DNA of 64,000 nt from Cirrosporium novae-zelandiae (lineage: Eukaryota). The notes under the pieces are model-generated. The model saw only the letters and a list, made by a program, of their open reading frames with translations, was not told the origin of the DNA and made no database searches. Each line of letters opens with the position of its first letter. The stretch's first letter is position 1. A program made the position numbers and the translations under genes. Below are positions 46,774-56,775 of this stretch, in pieces. The stretch spans positions 372,001 to 436,000 of the forward strand of contig JAPETS010000022.1 in assembly GCA_026023565.1 (NCBI GenBank). Direction: 5' to 3'.

Positions 46774-49459
46774 TCACCTCCATCTAAAAATTCTCTGGAA
46801 GATTGAGGGTTGATGCTGTTGTGCATAATCAATCATCCGTGCCTCTAGTCGCGCTGCCTGATCATTCGGGAATGTCCATTGTAGTATCTCGGAAACAGTA
46901 AGATAATTGGAGGCTATTTCTATATATACCGTTTGTTCATACTGTTCTATTGTCTCAGATTCGTTAAGTGGAGGACAAACTTGAACGTCAACTAGAATCT
47001 TCGGATTTGCCCCGTGATTAATTAACAACTTTACTGCTTCGTACCAACTATCCTTGCAATCGTCAGAGACCATTTCTCGATTATAATAGCAGGAGAGTAG
47101 AAAAGCACTCCAGACTGTCTGACTAGGAAAACTTTGGACTTCCTCATTGGGGTCAGACCCACATGATAGAAGCGAAGATACGATTGGCACGTCGATTCTG
47201 GGGCCCAGGGGTGGTATCTCGTACGAATTCTCCATGGGAGGCCTCCTCATGGGGCCCAAGGCATAGTCCAGTAATGGGCGAGCGTGGTTCTCTTGGAGAA
47301 TTCCGGGGCTGGCTTTGAGTTTTTCATGCATATAAAGCCGTAGCCCTCCTTGGATGATCTGCACCAGATGCTCATGTTGGGACCTCGTTAAAGACCTTAT
47401 TAGATGGTTTGTATCTGTCCAAATTTTGGTTGCATGCGCTGTATTGACGCGACCAAACTCATCAAGGAGAGCTATGTTAGGCGTGTTGCTTTTGTACTCC
47501 ATCTCTCGAGCATAACCCATTGATTCAACACCTAGACTAAGAAATTGGTAGCTCGCCAGTTGGAAACTTTTCGGAATAGGGAGTACCTTTATAAAAGCGA
47601 GAAGAATGTTGCACAAAGAAGTTCTTGTATCAAATTTCTTAGGAGCATGCTTCTGTAGCTCTGCTTGATAATTGTCTCGTAGGAAATCTCTGACGGTCCG
47701 GTGTAGAAAGTGGATCCTATATTTCAGGAAGGTGTGTATAGAAAAGTTGATATTCACCTCGAGCAGGTCCCTGCAGCGGCGGTGCAATTGTATTTTTTTG
47801 GTGGTGATGGCGCTTTCGGGTGCCTTTTCCAGGGACATGGGTGCGATTTTTAATTTGAGGGCGTATTCCGGGTCCTTTCGTTCCATCTCCAAGTATTCGA
47901 GAGCGAGAATGGGTAATGGCCGCACTACTTCCACAGCAATGAGGAATATCATCGATGACTCTTCACGATGGGCATTTTCAACTCTGCCGATTATGTTTCC
48001 AAAGTATTCCTCCTACTCTTCCGGAAAGCTTTCAAGCCTACGTAGCAGAAAATCATAACCTTCTTCGGCTTTGAAATCTCTCAGCAGATCACGAACAACG
48101 AGGTAGACCCAAAGCCAAACGCCGTTAGCCCTTTGTACAATCTCCGACACAAGACTGTTACATCGAAGATCCTGATTAGCAGCCTTGATAAAAGCTTCGT
48201 TCTCAACTAGCATATTGTGCACGTACTCCCGCATATCGTGTTTCGTGTGATCTTGGAGAACCAGCTTCCATCTACAATCATTAAAGGCGCCTAGGAAAGT
48301 GGCCCAAGGTCGACTAGATATACAAATCTTGATGTTTGGAGAATCAGCAAGGCCTTTGAGAAGGCCGATAATAATCTCGTCGTCTCCATCGAACTCGTCA
48401 ATCCCATCCACGAAGAAGCAAAATTTTGCTGGTAGGAGAGTCTGTTTTGAGACCTCATTAAGAGTTTCAAGGAGCTCCGACCTGACCCAAGGGGCCGTTG
48501 GACAATGGGTCGAATAGACACTCTCTATGAGATCTGGACATGCAAGTAAAACTTGATATAGTAAGCTTTGGAGGAGTCCGCTCTGTGAGCTCTGTATGGG
48601 AAGCCCGGAGTTCCAGAAGAAGTAGCTCGCTGTAACGAGCTTCTGAGATCCAGCCCACCGGCGAAGGGCCTCTAGTATGGTATTGTGGTCACAGATATAC
48701 TTCATAAATGTTGATTTGCCACTTCCAGCCTTTTAAGATTGGTTACCGCTTCTAGACTTTCTAGCTTTCGTGAGATATTGTCAAATGGGATGTCCGCCTT
48801 TGTAGTAGCGTTTTCCTGTTCACTGAGGGCATTGATGATGTCTGTTTTCAACTCATCCAGTCTTAAGTCTGTGTTTCTGCTTATTCGCCTATTCGTTTCG
48901 TTGATCCTATCGATTGCTAAAAACACATCGGAATGATTGTTCCTTTGTTAACTGTTAGTACCTATGCATTGCGTATATGTACGAAGTTATGGGTAGCCAG
49001 CTACTTTTGGAGCATGCTAAATACTTTATCCCTCAGCTGCTTGTCTATATTCAGCAATTTCGTTTTAAGTTTTCGAATATCTTTCCTTTTTCGAACACTT
49101 CTAATCATTTGTCGGACAGTCTGTAACCCACGAAAGCGGACGTCCTTCGAGACCTTCAGGTCGTTGAGAACGCGAAGTAAGTCGTCCGCCAATAGTTGAC
49201 ATTCCTCAGCAAGCTGCTGAATTGCTCTCTCATCGCTCGAATCTCGTCGTGTGGATACGCCGGGTCGAGAAGCAGTCGTTTTTAATTCATAACTAAAGGT
49301 CTTGATACTCTGGACAGTTATTTTGAGCTCATGATCTTTGTCTCGTGTTCCATTGACTGAGTCGTATTTTTCTTTTCCTTCGGATATTAGTTGGATGCCA
49401 TATCCAACAAACTGTGCGATATTTGCAGCGATACCGAGGGCGACGAAGGCTTCGGCCAT
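46774..49459 (-). pseudogene. Second NACHT NLR-like gene (HeLo-like/SesA-type helical N-terminus), disabled
   Basis: MAEAFVALGIAANIAQFVGYG N-terminus; KAGSGKSTFMKYI (Walker A), FCFFVDGIDEF (Walker B), ICISSRPW, ANGVWLWVYLV, RCRDLLEV, FLHRTVRDFL. Frameshift/deletion just before Walker A (~48735) and in-frame TAG at 48013-48015 (FPEE*EEYF). Confidence 0.82.
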
Positions 49460-49685
49460 AATACGGTTAGGCTGATATCCGCATTATTTTAAGGAAGTAG
49501 AGGATAAAACATAACTTGGGATCGCAGTATAGCAATTAGTCGCATGCCTATGGCCACCTTCGCTAACTTCTTCTGGCATTGACAAGTGCCACACTTGCTT
49601 AGATGATGTGGACTATAATATCATTCTTGTTCCATACATTAACCATGCGAATTCTTAGCGCGCACTTTGAAAATGCCACTCACCT

Positions 49686-49927
49686 TCTCCTAACATAAGT
49701 ATCCCCTGAAGTGGTCACCAATGGCACTCTCAAGCGGGGGGGCGCAGTAATGCTAAAAGATTTATTGGTCTAATAATAAGATATTGAGGTTCAATGTTAT
49801 TTATCAAAGACCTTGATGCCAAACTCTGCCAGAAAATGGCTATCTGACCTATTAAAATCCTTACTGTATTGTACAGTATATGACACCCCTGCTAGCGAGC
49901 GTCATTGGTGACCCGCCGTCTAGGAGA
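49686..49927 (-). mobile_element. MITE family B, copy 3 (inverted, more diverged)
   Basis: Core ATTGGTCTAATAATAAGATATTGAGG..TTGATGCC..TCTGCC..ATCTGACC..ATGACACCCCTGCTAGCG is the reverse complement of the family core. Its own arms are TCTCCTA..GGTCACCAATGGCACTC / GAGCGTCATTGGTGACC..TAGGAGA. Confidence 0.72.
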
Positions 49928-50621
49928 TCTGATAAGGCATGACGAGAAATTGTATAACGAATTATATAACTTCCTAAGTGGATTTAAACATAGTATCTTG
50001 TGCCTATGCTTTCTTGATTTGATTAGCCTAAATCATAAAAATATAAGAATAAAGCTAAGCCCCAGTATCCTTAATCCCTAGATTGGGCCTAAAGGAGTTC
50101 AGACTAATAAGTTAGTAAGATTAGCCAATCGAGAAGAACACGGATGCCAGTGTGACGATTTACTAGCGCTCTTAGGAATCAAACTCAACTTACTATTTAT
50201 AGTATCCGACAAACTGATCGCTGTGGTGTTTGCGTAGGATAAGGCGTCTAGCAACCGCTTTAATTATAAGTTTTTACCACGGCCACGTCCATTCAGCTAT
50301 TAAACTAAGGTGTTAAGTTCAATTAATAAAAGAAGCTTCGCACTTAATCTTTCTTAGATTTGTCTTGGGTAGGGAAATTTGAGAGTTTTTGTTCTACGCG
50401 GTCTTGAAATTGTCATGAGGGAAGAAGCTGCAAGGGGGAGAGAGGGGTATGATGGCCCTTTGCATGAGAATACTACAACGCATTCAATAAGTCCCTAGAG
50501 CTATAAAAACACATCGAGAATCAAGTTGGCATTCAGAAGCTGGATTCCACTATAATAAATTTCCTTAATCTCAAAGCCACCTCCACACTTCGTCCCCTCT
50601 ATCAGTATGAAGAATTTTCAT

Positions 50622-52070
50622 CTAGTCGAGCTTATGAGGCCGTACGGGACGCTGCTTCTCTGGTGCGTCGAGGTGGAAAGCAAATTTTAACAAGTTGATG
50701 TCAGCACTCGTCATGCGGCTTCTGTATTTAGCATTGGGATCATGGAGCCCGAATAACATGTTCATCGGAAAGCCGACATCAAATGGCGCTGCATCTTCGA
50801 TCTCGTCAATCTCTTCATCAGAGAGCTCCAAGCGCAACGCCTCGATGTTGCTTTTGAGGTGTTCTACCTTGCGCCCACCGACGATTGGGTAAACGTAAGG
50901 GAATTTGTGCATGATGTAAGCAAGGGCCTATGTTGAAACGTTAGAAAAAATTCATGTCTTTAAACAGTGGGGTTGCATACGACGCTGGTAATGAGAGTTC
51001 CCTTTCTAACAGCGATGGATTCCAATTTTTTGGTAATCTTTGCATCCTGCTCTGTCGAAAGGAACATATTTCGACCTTCACCTTCTGTGGCCTTTCGCTG
51101 TGCTTCGGTCTTAAAGCTTCCGCTTCCAAGCACACCCCATGGAGCAATAGCCATGCCTTCACTCTCACACATTGGCAAAATATCTCGCTCAAAGTCCCGC
51201 GTGGCAGCGTTCCATTTGCCCTGGTAAACGCTGAATTGGGTCAAGCCATGCGAACGAGCATACTCATTTGCTTTAGAAACAACCCAAGCCGGAGTATCAC
51301 TGATACCCAAATAGAGTACCTTTCCAGCATCAATCGCTCGATTCAACGTCTGCATAAGCTCGGGGACTGAGGTAGTGAAATCCCACCAGTGGACGTACAG
51401 CTAGGGGCAATTAGAAGGCCCTTAGTACCAATAACGAAATTCAGGGGACATTAAAGTTTACGAACCACATCTAGATAAGAAGTCTGCAGCTTCTTCAGCG
51501 AAGCATCCAAAGATACGTGCAAACTTTTGGCATGATTTCCCTGGAAGTTAGACTTGATTTTTTCTCCATTCTTGCCAGACGGGTAGACGCTTGTGTATTT
51601 AGAGGCAATGACCAGCTGGTCCCGGTTCTTGCGAGAAGCCATCCATTCACCAAGCCACTCTTCTGACTCTTCTCCTTGATAAGCATTTGCTCTATAGTTC
51701 CAGTAAGCAGCCGTGATCCATGCCCCAATATAGCCCGAAGGTTTACTTACGTATCTATAAAATTGCCTCCCTGTTCGAAGAAGAAGTCTAGGATTTCAAA
51801 GGCCGTTTCTTTGGTACACTCTGTGTAATGGTTACTTAGCTATTCGTCTTAAATTTAGCTTTCAATATGCGAACCTCCCATTGCTGCTTTCCTGCTAGTA
51901 GTGAGTACAAGATTATAAGCAGTTTTTAGATATTTTAGAAGAACATACAATGCATTACCAAAGTTCATAGCACCTAGACATAAAGGTGATACCCTGACCC
52001 CAGCTGTAGCCGACAGAATTCGATGATATCCCAAGGGGCTCTTAGGAGTTGGTGGTGGATCAAAAGGCAT
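50622..52070 (-). CDS. Aldo-keto reductase, aryl-alcohol dehydrogenase/norsolorinic acid reductase (AAD14/NorA/StcV-like), multi-exon incl. a 17-nt micro-exon
   Basis: [108 protein letters not shown]. Confidence 0.94.
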
Positions 52071-52982
52071 CTTTAATTTCTGATTCTTTAGTGCCGCTTG
52101 AACAGAACTAAGTAGTAATTGAAAAGTGCAAAGATGTAATGTTTTTGAAGCAAGAGTCCGCACTTATATATCCCTTTCCAGAGGTAGCTTGCTATGACTA
52201 TTAATAATCCACATGCTAATTCCGACAAAGTCTTAACTCCGTCCTCCACAGCTCACATAAAAATCGAAGTGGGCCTTCTTACTGTAAGGAGCCTGAGAGT
52301 CCATATCTGTGATAGTAAAAGAGCACATTTGCATCGTCAACAGGTTGCATCGAGTAGGCAGATGAATTTTGTTCAAGTCTTACGATCTCCCTCCACGATC
52401 TACCATAATGACATAAGAAGCTAGCAGTTTCAGTGCAGGTGTCTTGGCCTTGTCAGCAATGTACATCCGCTAATTTGATCAACTGGATTCATATTCGCCA
52501 AGGAAAGGGTTTTATTCATCGGCAGCCCACAAAATAATGGCGTGTGGGGACCTAGTAGAGATACTGATTGATCACCAGAGGTGTAGTAACCCACCACGGT
52601 GCATGTTATTAGGTGCTCACTTTCCAGATATGGTATCGTATGACAGTATTTGGAACTTTCCATTACTACTGTCGAACAAAATTGGCATGGATTTGGTTGA
52701 TACGCTACTTGCCCGATCGAGATTTCAGATAGCTATTAGCTCGAGGTATATGACGGCATTAAATATTAAAACCGCCTAGACTCCAAATCCCAATCTGTTA
52801 TCCAGATATATAACCCTCGTACATAGCGTTCGGAACTTAGACTCTCTTCTCATCTACCCTGGCTGATTGCACAAGACTTCAAATTCCTGGAATATTATAT
52901 GCTACTAGGTACAAGACCCTTAACGTACTCTTCGAAGTCTTCTCTGATTTTAAGAAGGATCATCTTCCATTGACCGTTCAAA

Positions 52983-53384
52983 ATGGCTACAACAAAGATA
53001 ATTCAGAACTCCAGCAAAGAAGGCAAGAGCACCATCAAAGGCGGCGACACATTCAGCGGCGGAGACGTTTGGCTTGACTTTATATTTAACGATAAAGATG
53101 CTGCTGCAGCCAATGTCATGTTTACGCCATGTGCACGTACACATTGGCACACCCACGAGAAAGGACAGATCCTTCAAATAGTTGTTGGCTCGGGTTGGAT
53201 ATGCGATAAGGGTGGTAAACCGCGGCGGATCAGTGCAGGAGATTTCATTTGGGCCCCACCTGGAACGACTCATTGGCATGGTGCAGATAAGGACAGTTAT
53301 ATGACGCATATGGCTGTCGGTATTGGGGAGACAAAATGGCTGGAGGCTGTTACAGATGATGAATACAACCAGACCAAAGCATAG
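52983..53384 (+). CDS. Single-domain cupin protein
   Basis: Cupin motifs VMFTPCARTHWHTHEKGQIL and GDFIWAPPGTTHWHGA..MTHMAV; ends WLEAVTDDEY. CDS has no intron. Confidence 0.9.
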   Translation: MATTKIIQNSSKEGKSTIKGGDTFSGGDVWLDFIFNDKDAAAANVMFTPCARTHWHTHEKGQILQIVVGSGWICDKGGKPRRISAGDFIWAPPGTTHWHGADKDSYMTHMAVGIGETKWLEAVTDDEYNQTKA

Positions 53385-53832
53385 AACTTTATGTTAGCTT
53401 AAATGTTATATAGGGTATTTAACTCAACATAACATGCACCAAGGCTTTCTTTTATCATGGATATTCCTTTTATAGTGAGAGTTATAGAGACCTGATGCTC
53501 TAATTTGGCTTCGAATCATAAGAGTGAATCGATAATAGAAGGAAGAGAGGCATGCATCGTGTATGAAACTTTACTAGTGCTTGCATGCAGCATTAACTTA
53601 TAGAAGCCTAGCGCTGTCAGCAACCTGCAAGTAGTGCAGGACGAACCTTATTTTTGCGGATCTGCTAAAGAAGTTAGTGTTGTCAGCAACTTGCATAAAA
53701 CAGGAACCACTGCACGAAAATCCTCCATTCCTCGATACCTATTTCATATTGATACCACGGATACCAACGCACTTGTTATAGCTCTACAGCACCCTTTTCG
53801 TCAACTTTTTGCTTAGGTGGCATCCATGGTTC

Positions 53833-54924
53833 ATGATGGCACATCAGATATCGTCACAGACCCAACCTCAAAGCGGAATAGAGAGCGGAATAGAGAGGTC
53901 AATCCCACTTCCACAAACCTACAGGTCCATAGAGCTCATCGCTCCAGAAGACAATTGGACAGGCCTATCCGATCCTGTAAGGCGTAGAAAAATTCAGAAT
54001 CGTTTGAACCAACGAGCTCACAGTAAGTACTGTATATGTTCTGTGTCATTTTGAATTTTCTAGCTTTGCAATGTTCCCTGCCCTTCTCTCTGATTAAGCA
54101 CTTATTAGCTGCTAGGAATTCGTAAAAAGGTTCTTTTACCGCCCCAGGATCGCGGTTGTTTACAAGGACCAACAGGAAATGATAAATCGATAGAAATCTG
54201 GCGCACGACTAATGTTTCAGGTAACGATGTAGAGTATCTGGTGCCTGAAACAATCACGACGGAGGGACGTAAGATGGAACCTATAGTCAGACCTACAATC
54301 TCAAGTTTACAACTTGTAAACCATACCCCAGAACGGCGTGCAGCAATTTGCGAGATGAACTCTCTGGAAACTCGGGTTGTAATAGCCCAATTCGAGCAAC
54401 GGGCACAGAGGAATTATATGCTTGGCTCTGTAACGGCGGATAGCCTCCTCACATTGCTCCAGTTCAACATGCATCGTGCACTTGCTAGCAATGCACAGGC
54501 TCTCGGTTTTGGGTTAGAGGACATACAAGATGATGACGCGCTTTCGATATTCAATACCACGAATTCCGAGCTTACTTGGTCACTCCTACCTTCAAGCCTT
54601 CGTCCGACATCTTATCAGCGTTTGGTTCCCCACCACCCTTGGCTAGACCTTTTTCCAATACCTGTAATGAGAGAAAATCTTATACACGCAGGCGACTCGT
54701 GGAACGAAATCCAATTCTGCAGAGATCTCGTTGGATTTACGGATAGGCCAACTGGGCAAACTGGAATTGCTATCTGGGGTGAAGCATGGGACCCCGCTAA
54801 TTGGGAGGCCACCGAGGGATTTGTAAAAAATTGGGGTTGGGTCCTTAGGGGTTGCTACGACCTATTAAAATCTACTAATCGCTGGCGGGCGCAGAGAGGA
54901 GACACACCATTGCGCTTCGAATGA
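53833..54924 (+). CDS. bZIP-like basic region + DUF3425 transcription factor, 2 exons
   Basis: EDNWTGLSDPVRRRKIQNRLNQRAH/RIRKK basic region. LPSSLRPT..Q..VPHHPWLDLFP..RENLI..IWGEAWDPANWEATEGFVKNWGW..STNRWR DUF3425 signature. Intron ~54023-54115 keeps frame. Confidence 0.9.
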
Positions 54925-55684
54925 TGACGTCGAGTGATACTTCTTTCGTGTAACTACGCTATTTTCGGTGGGTAGGAATACAATGATCAGATCCAAAAGA
55001 GCGAAACCAAAATGTAATGTTAGGACATCAGCAAACAGGAAACTTATCCTCTGGGTACTCCGGGTCCTCGGGGGCTTAAAGGACCCCGAAGACAAAAATA
55101 CCGTAAAGACTATGCTCGGAGGACTTAGTCTAGAGAACCCAAAGGCTCAGGTGTGTTGAAAACAATCTTTTAGAGGACTTAGACTTTAACAACGGTGTTT
55201 AAGCAAGAAATTTGTTTGTGATAAAAAGATTTTAAACAAAGCCGGGTTTCAATAAAAGATGGATTTGAAACCACCCTAAACGCTCAAAAAGCAAAAAATC
55301 ATTTTTAATAAAAACCAGGCTTGTTTGAAAACCTTTGTAATATCACATTTTAGGTATCAAAAATCCATACTCTTAAAATTCCTAGGATATGGCTCTTACG
55401 AGGCACAAATCTAAGTGTATAACTGGTGTGGATATATTGACTTAAGGTGTAGTATCTAAGGTGTGAGCTTAGGGAATCTATATAACAACATAAGCCAAGA
55501 AATGCCAAAGCGCTAGAGTAGAGTGTGCTTTGCTCTCATACAAATTACTATAGATCAACTGTCGTACTCTGTTAAACTATTCTCTTCACCTCTGGACCTC
55601 GTAACTCACCATGAGTCATGTAACCTAGGTCACATAATGTCACGTGCATGTGGCTTGGATCTAATCAGCCACAGTTCCAATCCC

Positions 55685-55806
55685 CAGTGTTGTGAATAGA
55701 CCAGGCCAAATAGATGGTCTACCATAGACCGTTTATAGACCTTAAACCGACCAGGCCTTGATTGCTCAAAGTATATTTGGTCTATATAAATGTGAATTAT
55801 TAAGGT
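55685..55806 (+). mobile_element. Family A element end (CAGTGTTGTGAATAGACC...)
   Basis: Inverted near-copy of 44461-44608; also matches 205-303. Confidence 0.8.
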
Positions 55807-56330
55807 TGTTTTAGGGCAGAGAAGGCCTATGACATCAGGCGAAACAATTCATGTATGGTCAAACTTAAAATGATTGTTCGCACGCCTTATTTTTGATAAA
55901 GATGTTGGTTGTTTGCATTTTGACTTGTAATTTCTATTTTCTTTGTTTTTCTTTCTGCTTCTACTTATCGCTATCAGGTACTCCAGGCCAGTAAAACATT
56001 GAAATATTAGACTACTACGGAAATTAACTGCATGAAGCTAGAGGGCACGGTCCTTGACGCGGGGCATACTAACAATCATTGTAGGTTTGACTACTGTAAA
56101 TATGGATTGTTTCGGCTGACAACATAATATAAGAAACATTTAGCTGGTCTTTCTGAGTCAGAGCTTCAATCGGGAGGAACTCGGCATCGTACTTTCATAA
56201 TTAGATATAGGCTAATCATACAGTAAAGACATTAAGAAATTCCGTAGAAAGTTTAGTGGAATACCCAAATAAGGTGGCGTAATCGGTATGTATCGGCGAA
56301 GCATAGAAGCATTAGAAGTTTGTATAGTGA

Positions 56331-56428
56331 ATTGCAATCAAGACTGTGTATAGTAGATTGCAATCAAGACTGTGTATAGTAGATTGCAATCAAGACTGTG
56401 TATAGTAGATTGCAATCAAGACTGTGTA
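56331..56428. repeat. 26-bp tandem repeat ATTGCAATCAAGACTGTGTATAGTAG x3.8
   Basis: Three identical units plus 20 bp of a fourth, bounded on both sides by TAGTGAATTG. Confidence 0.92.
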
Positions 56429-56775
56429 GTGAATTGTGATCCATGTCCTGGTGACTAGATTATTCCGCTGCAATCGCCCCTTAGTGAATGAATCATATTC
56501 ACTTGGTTGCCACCTCGGTGCATAAATATCTTCATGTTTCCCCTCTTATTGTTTTTCTCTCTCTTTAGAAATCAACTTTTTACCCTCTTGATCTTATTTC
56601 CCAGATGGTAAATCTTGTGTTGCAGTTTCTACTTCATAATTTCTTCGAGCTCTTTATCCCCCAACCTCAGAGAAGTCTTATATTTTACTTCTTATCTACC
56701 TCATAACTTCCTCAACCTTTTATTAACTTTAACCTCTTCACCTTCTTCCACTCACAATTTGGGCCAAGTCTCATA

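Noticed and set aside
55427..55588. Possible solo LTR (TG...CA with TATA-like CTATATAA)
   Set aside because: No TSD, PBS/PPT or second copy in the window; it cannot be supported.
56331..56428. CRISPR-like array
   Set aside because: The units are contiguous with no unique spacers, there are no cas genes, and the DNA is eukaryotic.
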